Source: Vicugna vicugna (Eukaryota). From it: a stretch of DNA of 64,000 bases. The stretch's first letter is position 1. Each line of letters starts with the position of its first letter. Below are positions 53,001-64,000 of the stretch, piece after piece. A program made the translations under genes and the position numbers. The notes under the pieces are model-generated. The model was not told the DNA's origin, searched no databases, and saw only the letters and a program-made list of their open reading frames with translations. The stretch covers positions 4,894,792 to 4,958,791 of the forward strand of contig MU058384.1 of assembly GCA_013265495.1 (NCBI GenBank), in the 5' to 3' direction.

Positions 53001-54750
53001 CTTTTCATAGAAAAGAGCCTTAAGCCGTAGTGGATCAAAGGTCCAGATGGTGATTTAAGGTTGTACCATCCAGCAGTGCCTCCACATCCCACGGAAGTGT
53101 AAGCTGACATTGCTAACTGGGATGGACTTCCTAAATTTGGATTTTGTCCTCAGTGTTTCACCTTACATATTGATAGACTTTCTAACAATTTTAATCGCAT
53201 AGCCTCAGTGTCACAATTTTTTGGAGGAATAGTTCTTTCCTTAGTTACATATTAGTTTTAAACTGTTAAGATTAAGACAAGTGCCAAGCTGTTCTAAAGC
53301 AATTCTATCTCTGCAAGCCCAGGGAAGACTCAATATCACAGTGTTTACTAAGCCCAACCAAACAAAAAAAATCCACGTCCTGTACCCTCTGGGGTAGGGC
53401 ACTCTGAATTTGAGCTCAACTTGCGTTCCTCACTCATTTAGCCTTTCCATGTTCACCCAAAAAGCTGTACATGGCAAACTTGCTTATTTTATAAGATGTG
53501 TTGAAAGCAGGTCACTGACCTATTACTGACAGCTTTGTGAAATCTTGCCAGGGCAAGTGGAAAAAAGTGACCCAAAGGGAGAACCAAATGAACACAGAGG
53601 TATCCAAGGGAGCAGGTCAACAACAGCCCACTGCACTAGGAATTGCCCAGAAAGATCTGTGTCACATGGAGACAGTTTGTTTCCACATCTGTTGACATGC
53701 CAACACAAGCAGCAGAAAAACAGAGAAAAGCAGTAAGTCAGTTGTTTCATCTCCATAACACCAAAGAGATCTGACTACTTTTATTTCAGGAATCAGTTGA
53801 ATCAGCAATCTCTTTCAGTGACCCACTGACACAGTTCTGCAAGAGTGGAACAAGGGATCAGAAAGAACACGCTGGAGGAAATAATACTCCACAGTGCAAA
53901 TGGACCTGGCTGCTGGGAAGTCCTCCTTGCCTGTGTTTCTAAGGACAGGGAATGTGAACACCCTTTGCCTAGAAATAGGTCCCACCAATGTACAAGGGGC
54001 AAGTGCGCTGCCATTTTCAAAGTAATGTCATATCCATCTGATCTTCACAGCAACTTTGTATGATCAGTGCAGGAAATAGTATGGGAGTCCGCAGTTTCTA
54101 GATGAGAGCATTTTGGTCTGAGCAAGCTAATGAGTTAAAGACATGCAATTAGAAATGATGGAATCTAGGCTAGAACCCTGGTGCCTGCCGCCTGCATGCT
54201 AGCTTATTACACTCCCTAGCAATGCCGATCATGCAAAAAGGGCTTGCCCTATTTTTTTTGAAAAATTCATAAACAATTCATATAAAGGCAGGAGCAATCC
54301 AAAGCACATGGAACTGAAAAAGTGAGCTTCAGTTGCTAGCAATAATATTTTAAGATTCCTCGATGCTGTGTAAATGTGTTTATTAATGACTTGAGAAATT
54401 TACTTAAATTAAACTCACTGTTTTAAAAAAAAAAAGTAAGGCCAGGACAAGCCAAGTCAGGAAATTAAAATTTAAGGCTGTCATTCTGTGGTTACAAAAA
54501 AGAGGAAAGTGAGTGAGTAAAAAGCATATGAACACATCTTTAACATTTGGGTTTTAAATAAGAATAAAAGGAAATTATAATTTAAGAGAAAATACAGAAG
54601 TTCAGAGGCTTATAATTTAAGTACAGTTTCAGATCTACGAATGAAAGTGTCTACCTTAGGAAATGTTTATTGGCATAATATATTTATTTCAAAATGTAAA
54701 GTAAATTGAAAGCAAACTGAGAAAAACAGGTCTTTTCTCCTTGCTGAAGG

Positions 54751-54754
<4 letters not shown>

Positions 54755-54785
<31 letters not shown>
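54755..54785. repeat. (TG)n microsatellite, about 15 units, in the last MYB intron
   Basis: Uninterrupted tg run seen directly. Confidence 0.95.
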
Positions 54786-54786
<1 letters not shown>

Positions 54787-57700
54787 TTCCTGCCTTGGGC
54801 TTTCTCAGGGTAACTTTAAACAGCAGAATCCAGTAGTATTCCATAGTGAACCTGCCTTTCCTGCTCCAAACTGAAAGCTTTCTAAGCTGAACGTCTATTA
54901 CCTCATTTGTGACTGTTTTATAAGCTTCAAGGCTCCATTCTCTACTGCCACACAATGTGAGAAAAATACCATAATGGTCCAGTGTGAAAGTCTCACACAT
55001 TCTGAGCTACATGAAACACACAAATATTAAAAATGTCTCAGAGCATTTTTATTACAAGAGCCCCTGTTTATTTTTACAATTGAAATTAAGGCGACTAAAC
55101 ACAAGAAGAAATCCAACAATTATACTATTATGCAGCTGCTGCAAATTCGTCTCAAAAAGATCAAGCATAAATAATTGAAAAACAAATATAACTTTATTTG
55201 AGCATAATGGCTTATCATAGCCTCTAAGCATTATAGTTTATGGACTAGGGGATATATGAATAGTTCTGAATTAATAAAATTCTTTGCTTCTCAGTGACAA
55301 CCTGCATAACAAATGGGCATACTTAACACCTTGATTTTGGTTTCTACCCACCATTTCCCACTAAAAGAATCAGAGCACCTTGGGGGAAATGGCTGTTTCC
55401 AAGAAAAGAAGAAGAAAATGTGGCTATTAAATTAAAGTAGTATTTAATTTAAGCCACAATTAAGCCAGGGATGATTAACATTGAAATGACAGGACACAGA
55501 ATTGCACAGTTAGTGTAGTCTTCAATAAACTTTTCTTTTACCTAAGTAAACTTGTTTAGTCAGTTAGATGGATAGACAACTGCACTATACAAGTGATAGA
55601 TATTTTACATTTTATAAAATAATTTAAAAATATTTTAGAAATCATACTTAGTTGTTTTAACTAAATGCACTATGACAAGAGGTGGTTTAGATTGGATAAA
55701 ATCCCATTTAATATTTGATTTATTATAAGTACAAATTAGGAAACTTCTAGGTTATATAAAGTACTTAAGTTGAACAGCCAGATCGTTTAACAAATGCACA
55801 ATGTGTTTGACACTACCCTGCATGAGATGTTTGCCTAATTAGGTCAAATTGATTTATCAGTGGAAACATATGATAAAGTATAATGTTTTTAACAAACAAA
55901 ATTACCAAATTGCTTTAAAACCTATATAAATATTGTTAGGTCAGGATCATATGAAATATAGACAATCTATGTTTAAATATTTAGAATCATTTGATGTATT
56001 TTTTGATAATTATCACAAAAATTTGAAAGTTTTAGAAATCACATATTTCTATGGTATCAGAAGCTAGGTTTCCATGACATGCAATCACTCCTTTAGTGAG
56101 TATTTCTTAAAATGAATTAGTTATCTATTATAGCAGTTTATTAAAATATACTCGAGGGGTCTAAATTCATAGCAAAACCATACACTATAGACAGAAGCAC
56201 TGACTCCAAAATCAGTTTGTAGGTCTCAACTATTCAGTGGAACTGACAAGTGTTACCTTCACTGTGTGACGTACATAGATGGCTTAATCTCAATATATAA
56301 TGTTAGAATCTGTAGAGTGCCAAGTATGACTCATCGATATGCTAGAAAACATAGATTAATAAAAATAGAGCTACTACTTAATCTTGAGTTTCAAAGATAA
56401 GTAATATTCCATCGAATAAAATATAAATACGCTGATAATAAAGTTTCATACTGAGTTTTTAATGCAACAGCATTAAAAACTTTAAGGTAAAAATTAGACA
56501 ACTGATTTTTTAAATAAATAATGACATTCTTATCAAACTTTATATATTTTTGATAACTATACCATGTTCAGCTCGATACATTTTGTATCTGCATAAAGGT
56601 TTAGGTTTGAGTTTTGCTAAATACTATTTGGTTAGGCCAAAAGCATTTAGGATTTGGTTTTAAGGAAAGTTTTCAACTTACACAATGATAACTGTCCCCA
56701 AGCATACTTACATTCTGCATTTTGCAACTTAGAATGCACTTTTTCTATCCTACTAGAAATATAAGACAGATCCCAGCCTAGGTTATAAAATACACACAAA
56801 ACTTGCCCTAGCTTATCTTAATTAATGTACTAATCGCAATAGTCAAATTCTATGCTCTGGAAACCTAGGCCAAGTAGTTTAGTAAGGAAGAGGGAAAGGA
56901 AAACAAAAACAATGTCTCCCCCAGATCTAGGATCAACTCCAGGTAAAACTTTGAAGTGGCTGACCTTTGTCTTCACACCCTTCTAACCCCCTTTCTGTGT
57001 CCCTGTTCTGCAGCGTTCCTTCTTTTCCTCATCTCCAATTCTTTGCAGTACTCTGAGCCTTCTTCACATGCCTCCCAGACCTGACTGACTGAAAAATGAC
57101 TCCAGGTTCCCCACAAAGAATGACTTTCCCTACTGCACACTCCGGTCAACAGCCAACTTCCATCAAAGCAGTCAGATCAGAAAGAGGCCACAAGGAAAGC
57201 AACTGGATGGAATGAAGAGACGAAGCGTGCCTACAGCCCTTCCAGCTGTATTTGTATTACTTAAAAATAATGCTAAATATCACAAGTGCTTAAAAAGGGA
57301 AAGTTTTAAGATTCTCACAATTTGGAGAGAGAAGGCCTTCGGCAGAGATGGGATAGCCCTTCCAGAAACAGGACACTCTCTCAAAGTACCCCATCCTATT
57401 ACAGTGCCTTCCCCTCACAGGACAAGCGTGACTTTCCACTACTGAATCTGGGTTCTCCACATTTCCCTCAGTGTAGCACAGTGGGGGAGGGAGGGAAGGC
57501 CTCAGCAGGTGGCTGGGTATTGATGCTACTTAATGTTGGGAACTGCTTTAAATAATTTAGGGGAGCAAATTTGCATTCTTATTTACATTTGGCTCAGGAT
57601 TAATTTGGAATTTGTTGTATTTCATCAATATACACCTCCTTCAGAAAAAGGGAAATCTCTTTTGATATTAAAACCTGAGAGCAGATGTTCAGCTACAGAT

Positions 57701-58165
57701 TAGCCACATAACACTGACAGTTGACTTTCTCACTCTGATAGTCAAATATATTGTAATTATTTTCCAGCTACCTAATTTCAAATTCCATTTAAAATCCAAG
57801 CAGAGCCTGAGCTTGAATGGTTTAGTGAGGGAGCAGAAAAACATGAAAAATTTGAAACTAAAAGTAAACTATAACAATTTTGTATAAAATCATTAAAAGC
57901 AGAAGAAGGCGATATTAACACAAGTGTAATAAATGATCTTAGTCTCAGTCACAGTAAGAAGTGTCTCACTTCATCATGCTTTGGGAACCTGCTCTAACAG
58001 AAATTTCCAGTGCGTCTCATAGGAGTGGAAACAAGGAACTTAAGGAGTTTTTAAGACATTGGGAGTTGTTTAAAAGCATCACTCCTCTATGTCTAAGAGG
58101 AGGTTTTTTTAAGACACTTTTTTAGTGAATGATTTTTAAGACACCAATGCTGGAAGAGTAATTAC

Positions 58166-58273
58166 CTGCAAGGGACTTGCCAGAGACCTGTTTTTAGGTA
58201 CTGTAAATGCTTTGAGAACATTGTCTTCATCTTCTGATACTGGCGTCATTAAAACGGAACTTGTAAGAATATT
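58166..58273 (-). CDS. MYB: MYB coding exon (108 bp; exon 14): NILTSSVLMTPVSEDEDNVLKAFTVPKNRSLASPLQ
   Basis: Manual translation matches c-Myb; CAG acceptor, GTAATT donor starting at 58165. Confidence 0.97.
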
Positions 58274-58659
58274 CTGAAGGGAAAGAGAATGATTGGAAAT
58301 TTAAATGAGGTTGGATAGTATGAGAGCAGACACAATTCTAACGTGTTAGAGAGTAGATTACTATGAGGTGACACACATTAGCAGGAAAAAAAATGCAGGT
58401 ATCTGCCAGAAATTCTCTTCCCAATGAGCTAAATGGAGGACTCAACTATGTACTAACCCTAATCCCACTGTGGCAAACACCATTAAAACAAAAAGCTTTG
58501 GGTCTCATACAGTTCTAGACATGAGGTAGGCACTCAAAACACACTTGCTGAATGAATTAATAAATATGTGCTTTTAAAAATGAAAGATTTACTAAGATCT
58601 GGTGGGAGAACTGTTTATTTCATATATCGGTATGGAAATATTTTAGAGTTACAGATTAA

Positions 58660-58915
58660 TGGTAGCATGGTATAATGATGAGTTTGGAATTGAGAACTAG
58701 ATGAAAGTTCTAGCCCAGAACCATCACTTTACAGGCCATCCAATCTTGGGCAAGTGACTAAGCCTCCCAGTGCCTCGGTTTCCCCCTTGGTGTAATGGAA
58801 ATGATAATGTTAGCAACCTTGCAGGGTGCTTGTGAGGATTAGATGAGTTAATGCATCTAAAGTTCTTAGAATATTACTCACTGCTTAGTACATCCTGAAT
58901 AAATATTAGCAATTG
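58660..58915 (+). mobile_element. MIR in MYB intron 13
   Basis: cttgggcaagtgactaagcctcccagtgcctcggtttcc...ttgtgaggattagatgagttaatgcatctaaag. Confidence 0.8.
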
Positions 58916-58984
58916 CTATTAGCTCTGATTCTCCATAAGAGAAAAGGGCAACCATTCACATAATATAAACTTTGAAAATGATGG

Positions 58985-59505
58985 CTAAGAACTAAAAGAG
59001 AGAGAGCTACCAAGCCCCAAAAGCCACAGAAGCTATTTAAGAGCATATTACTAAGTGAAAGAAGCCAGTCTGAAAAAGCTGCCTACTGTATGATTCCAAC
59101 TGTATAACATTCTGGAAAAGGCAAAACCACAATGACAGGAGGAAGATCAGTAGTTGCCAGGAGTTAGAGAGGAGGGAGGGATGAATGGCAGAACACAGAG
59201 GATCTTGAAGGCAGTGAGACCACCCTGCACAATACTATAATGGTGGATACAAGTCATTATAAATTTGCCCAAGTTCATAGGACATACAACCCTAAGAGTG
59301 GATCCACATGTAAACTACGGACTTGGGGTGATGATGTATCAATGTAGGCTCATCAGTTGTGACAAATGTGCCCCTCTGGTGGGGGATGTTGATAACGGGG
59401 CAGCTATGCATACGTGAGGGCAGGGGGTATATGGGAAATCCCTGTACCTTCTGCTCAACTTTGCTGTGAGCCTACAACTGCTGTAAAAATAAAGCCTATT
59501 AAGAA
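58985..59505 (+). mobile_element. L1MC/L1MB-type 3' end in MYB intron 13 (antisense to MYB)
   Basis: ctaagtgaaagaagccagtctgaaaaagct...tgattccaact...cattctggaaaaggcaaaac...atgggaaatccctgtaccttctgctcaac. Confidence 0.85.
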
Positions 59506-59880
59506 AATGGCGGTGACGAAAGCAATGCAGTATTGGGTACAATGAAGGGCATTTACTACAGACACCATGAGTAGTGCTACGCTGCACAATAGCATAAAAC
59601 CAAACAGGAGACAACTTTACAAGGAGGAAGTACGAGTACCCTCCACTCTTCGATAGTTCACTTCACACTGCTGTGCTTTTACATGAGTACCTGTTACTGC
59701 TAACCGAGAGGAATCTGAAGAGGACTTTTGCTTTTGTTTTGCAGCCAGCCATTTTAGAGGCAGCACATGCCCTGAGCAGTTAGAGTGGCGCCACCGAGCT
59801 CCCTCCCCGGGCACAATTCGCAGCATCTTAGCATCAAGCCCCATAGCTCTGAACTGTGTGAGCATCTGTGCTTTATCTCA

Positions 59881-60195
59881 TTTTATTTATTTTTATTCAT
59901 TTTTTATTAAGGTATAGTTGACTTAAAATACCATATTACTTTCAGGTGTAAAACATGGTGAGTCAATATTTTTATAGATTATACATTATACACAGTTATT
60001 AAAAAACATTGACTATATTTCCTGTGCTATGCATACACCCCTGTGACATTTCTTTTATAACTGGTAGTTTGTATCTCTTAATCCCCTTCACCCATCTCAC
60101 CCCTCCCCTGACCCCCTCCCACCTGGCAACCACTTGTTTGTTCTATCTGTGAATCTGTTTCTGTTTTGTTACATTTGGTTGTTATTTTAAATTTT
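59881..60195 (-). mobile_element. L1 3' end in MYB intron 13 (same orientation as MYB)
   Basis: T-rich tail, then ggtatagttgactt...tttcaggtgtaaaacatggtga...gactatatttcctgtgcta...ctggcaaccac. Confidence 0.85.
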
Positions 60196-60665
60196 AAATT
60201 TAATTTTTGCACCTGTTATCAAGATATGTCCTAAGATAATTCCTTTTTTTGCTTTATGCCTTTTTAGCCAATGAAAAGTTTCACAGGGAGGCTGTATTTT
60301 CAGATAGTAGGGGAAACCTGCGCTACATTTAGAAGACAAATAAGTGAATTAAAAGAAAATGTAAAAATTAGCATTGTTTTCATGGAAATATATATATACT
60401 CATGCAGCAGATTTTTCAAGTGGCAAGGACTCTTCAAATCATAAGAAAATAAATAATAAACAAATCTGCAGTGGAACAGAATCTCTTTCCAAAACAAACA
60501 AAATCTCACTTAATATTCAGCATTAATAACCGTAAGGAAGTAATCGTGTGGGAGAGAACATTTAGAAGTAGGATGCACTACTGAGTGCTGAAACCACAGG
60601 AGCCCCACATGCCACACACAGAATTCTGTGAGGCCCCAACATCTCATACATGGGCGTGTACTTAC

Positions 60666-60776
60666 TGGCACGTCTGCCACAGGAGATGCCTGTGTGAACA
60701 GCTGAGTGTTCAGACTCTCCCCTTCCCAGTGGTTTGAGCAGAAGAAGTTTCCTGCCTTATCAGTTGGAGATTCCAC
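60666..60776 (-). CDS. MYB: MYB coding exon (111 bp; exon 13): VESPTDKAGNFFCSNHWEGESLNTQLFTQASPVADVP
   Basis: Completes the EVES motif across the junction; TAG acceptor, GTAAGT donor at 60665-60660; equals the first 37 codons of ORF 60510..60776. Confidence 0.97.
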
Positions 60777-60855
60777 CTAAAAGCAAACAGGAAGTGCTTT
60801 GTTGTTTCTAGAACTAGAACATCCCATGAAACAGCTACAGTCGAGTAAATTTCTG

Positions 60856-61112
60856 TAAGATGAATAAGGTCTGAGGATCTTATGTATAACAACATGGTGA
60901 CTGTAGTTGACAACACCGTACTGTATAACTGAAATTTGCTAAGAGAGTAGAACTTAAATGTTCTCACTGAGAAATAGGTAAATATTGCATTAATGAACTC
61001 AATGGGGGAGAATCCTTTTACTCCACACACATATAACAAAACATTACATTGTATGCTTTAAATATCTTATAATTTTGCTTGTCAATTATATCTCAGTAAA
61101 GCTGAAAAAGAA
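60856..61112 (+). mobile_element. L1MA-type 3' end in MYB intron 12 (antisense to MYB)
   Basis: aacatggtgactgtagttgacaacaccgtactgtataactgaaatttgctaagagagtagaacttaaatgttctca; TSD agtaaatttctg at 60844-60855 and 61113-61124. Confidence 0.88.
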
Positions 61113-61621
61113 AGTAAATTTCTGGCCATTCTCTCAACCACTTATATGAGAATAAATTCAACAGGCACTGTATCTAACCTGTTGGAAATGCTTCTTGCCA
61201 GGAAGCTAAAACTTTCATCTTGGCAGGTTAAATTCCTTTTCTTTTATACTATGAATTAAAGATACTATTATTTCAAGTTTAATTCTTCATGATGTCCAAA
61301 AATTAATTACCTATGTATAAATCAGTCTTCTATCCATCTATACATCAGTGATTAAAAAAAAAAAACACAACAGTGAAATACTGCTTCCTTTTCTTTCCTT
61401 TCTCCTCTCTAACATGTTTTCTGTTCAAACATGAAGGAGATAGAAGTAGCCTGGCTTCCCAAATGCAAGGTCACATGCCTACAGCTTGGCAGTACCTCTT
61501 AACTGCATCTTGTATGAAAATCCAAGTAGTGCTGTTACACAGTGTCCCTGCCCAACACATCAAGCTGCCCACAAGGAGCAAAGGCAACAAGGTTGTTCCT
61601 TCCAGAGGGTCCTGTGTTTAC

Positions 61622-61744
61622 CTCTTGTTTGATCTTCTTCAGTAAAGGTGGCCCGTTTTCTTGAAACTCAGCAACAATTCCAGATTCATCAGTTTCCTGT
61701 TTGATCACATCCTGTAGGTCTTCTACTAGATGAGATGTCTGAGG
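61622..61744 (-). CDS. MYB: MYB coding exon (123 bp; exon 12): PQTSHLVEDLQDVIKQETDESGIVAEFQENGPPLLKKIKQE
   Basis: Contains both IKQE SUMO consensus motifs; CAG acceptor after a 91-bp intron; GTAAAC donor starting at 61621. Confidence 0.97.
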
Positions 61745-61835
61745 CTGGAGGGAAGATTGGGTATGTTTGCATCAGAGGAAAATTTCTGTCTGTACTAATA
61801 AACCAGCCAAACCTAAGAACTTCACTAAAACTTAC

Positions 61836-61950
61836 TAGCATCTTCAGGGGACCATATTTAATTTCTTGAGCTGTGAGTGCATGTTTGAACGGTGTAGGAG
61901 TTCTTGGAGAGCTTTCTAGGATTGACCTTTTGATGGCTGGAGTTCTAAAA
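61836..61950 (-). CDS. MYB: MYB coding exon (115 bp; exon 11): (I)FRTPAIKRSILESSPRTPTPFKHALTAQEIKYGPLKML
   Basis: Contains the TPTPFK motif; AG acceptor at 61952-61951, GTAAGT donor at 61835-61830; phase is compatible with the previous exon. Confidence 0.97.
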
Positions 61951-62926
61951 CTTTAAAAAGAAAACAAGTGTTGGTTCAATATAAAAGAACATAGGTTCCT
62001 TATAGTTCTCTATCTATTAAATTTAATATTTTTCTACTGAATACAATAAACTCTTATTAACATGGAATAGGGTATGCTGAGGAATCATATATGTCTTGTT
62101 AAGAAAAGGATAATATGTACATCACGTATTTCCAAATATTTCAAAATATGATACCCTAAAACTAAGAACACTGAAATATTTCTCACCTTTCTTTAACCAT
62201 TCTGAAAACACACGCAGTGCCCCTAAGTCTTTATAATGACCATAGCATTGTGAAGATCGCATGTCATTTACGAATCAGTCTTATCTATTCATTATTTACC
62301 CACAGCAGAAAACATAAGTTAATCTTTTAAAATGTATTTATTGTACTTGGAAATAATAACATTGCATTTTTTAAAAGGTTTCTTATAATTTATACTGATA
62401 TTCTCTGCTATTTCTTCAAAGTGGTTAAGTCTTTATTGAATATAAATGACTGCTTAATTACTCCTTGGCTTCTAATCACGTAATTTTCCTGAGGATGGCA
62501 AAAGAGGTCCTATCTATAGATAAATTTCAAAAAGAAAAAAAAAAGGCTTAAAAAAATGAACTAAGTAAAGAACAATACTCATTCTTATTCAATTATAATC
62601 AGAGAGGAACAGAGGTTGAAAATCTTGTTTTCAGTAAGAAGAAAGGGTCTCATTGAACAAACAGAAAAACTGAATGGAAAGTCATATAAAAACTACTTCT
62701 GCATTTACAGGAAATTCTGAAGTGAACTACAAGATGTAATTTAGTTTATTCTCTCACCTTCCACCTCTAGGTAGTTCTAACATGCCCAGGACAGATATAT
62801 TCAATGTGAAGATATGCATGATTATGTACATACAAATGGATCAGTAAAATTATATACATACAGACAGATCTATTAATTAAATATAAGTAAATAAAATAAT
62901 TTTTTTTTCTTGAAACAAGGACTTAC

Positions 62927-63069
62927 ATAGTATTTTCCTTTTGCGTTTTCACAGTCTGGTCTCTATGAAACGGTGTTGTAACAGTCAATTTGTGACCATT
63001 AAGAGGGGTGGAAGTTAAAGAAGGCATTTCCAAGTCTAAGTTTTCATGGCTGTTGGAAGTGTTTAAGAA
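62927..63069 (-). CDS. MYB: MYB coding exon (143 bp; exon 10 in 15-exon numbering): FLNTSNSHENLDLEMPSLTSTPLNGHKLTVTTPFHRDQTVKTQKENT+AT
   Basis: Manual translation matches c-Myb; acceptor AG at 63071-63070 and donor GTAAGT at 62926-62921; ends 2 nt into a codon. Confidence 0.97.
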
Positions 63070-63499
63070 CTAAATATGGGATGAAAGAAAAAAAATTACT
63101 TAAACAGTGATTCCTTATTCAGCCCAGTTAAAAAATCACATGTTGTTAATAAGCAGGTATGTTTTACTGACCCACTATATGAAATAATAGTGATGTTAAC
63201 AAGCAGATAGAGTTTTATTTGAATTGAGCACCCAAAATTTGGAGTATGATTTACAAGAAATGAAATCTAGCGTCAATGCTGGAAAACCTGCAAAATCCTA
63301 AGAAAATATTCTCAATAAATGACACTTGCCATTAAAGAGAATGGGATGCACTCTTTAGTAACATTAAAAGCGTTAAAGTGATTTGGGGGGAAAGTAATGA
63401 TTGTTTCTCTTTCATACTTTGTTTTTTCTCTTTAATGATCTACGAACCGTTATTATAGAAAGTTGACATTATGTGGAAGATTCTTGAATAATAAGCTGT

Positions 63500-63817
63500 G
63501 TCTCTCAGAACACTAATGTTCTGGAAAGATAATAGATGCTCCTTAAACAGTTCTAAGGTAAAATAAGTTTGGGAAACACACATATTGTAATCTCCTCCTA
63601 GAAATTCACAATGCACATTGGTATATTTAAAACTGTGGGAAAAAAAAAACCCCAAAAAACAAAGAAACTCTGAGTGGTCCTGCAGAAAAGAAAACATTTT
63701 AATTTTGTTTGATTTGGTGTTTCCCAAACTTATATACCTATATATTTAGATGTTTTTCTGGAACATCATTAAAGTCTTCCAGAACTAACATTCTCTGGAA
63801 CAGAGTTTGGGAAATAC
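63500..63817. mobile_element. Old hAT-Charlie-like DNA transposon remnant
   Basis: Recurrent agtttgggaaa / tttcccaaact termini typical of Charlie derivatives; family not resolved. Confidence 0.45.
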
Positions 63818-64000
63818 AAGTAAAAAACAAGATAGTTTTTTTCGTGAGCATGTTGTTTGCTCACACTTAAAGCTGTTCTTAAAACAAACTCAACAGACAT
63901 AATTGGAAAAAATGTTTTAAAGTGCCAAATTACCTATTCATTTGAATTATTTTAATAATTAAGGAACAAGTCTCTGATAAGAATTATAATTTCCATTCCT

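Larger units (their letters stand above)
47050..64000 (-). other. MYB: 3' part of the MYB (c-Myb) gene: six terminal exons plus 3'UTR; the gene continues beyond the window end
   Basis: Six minus-strand exons with GT-AG junctions splice in frame into the recognisable c-Myb C-terminal negative regulatory region (FLNT...TPTPFK...IKQE...EVES...ARTLVM*). Confidence 0.98.

Noticed and set aside
59783..59805. CTCF-like motif tggcgccacc in intron 13
   Set aside because: Only half of the core matches the consensus.
48360..62926. Alternative MYB exons known from human (10A, 13A, 14A)
   Set aside because: Could not be identified from sequence alone; transcript data are needed.

Overview
Mammalian genomic DNA, not prokaryotic. 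The young L1 3' ends resemble camelid (alpaca/camel) L1 from recall, and I saw no Alu, B1, Bov, PRE or Can SINEs; the species call is inference. The right quarter (about 47050-64000, minus strand) holds the last six coding exons and the 3'UTR of the proto-oncogene MYB. All six exons have GT-AG boundaries, splice in frame to ...FSARTLVM*, and are followed by a 3'UTR with paired miR-150 and miR-15/16 seed sites and an AATAAA. The left 47 kb is intergenic sequence downstream of MYB (towards AHI1 in human/mouse), with L1, L2, MIR, MaLR/ERVL LTR and hAT remnants. The most unusual items are: (1) a young L1-mobilised retrocopy of the 28S rRNA 3' end (SINE28-like) with a 17-bp TSD and an internal 9-copy tandem expansion; (2) a one-codon deletion in MYB that removes the Pro of the Thr-Pro site next to the first SUMO motif; (3) a twin-primed inverted L1; (4) a sense-oriented L1 poly(A)-signal cluster in a MYB intron; (5) a 43-bp near-perfect palindrome. 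I found no evidence for a new multi-gene system. Repeat family names and boundaries are from pattern recognition and are approximate.
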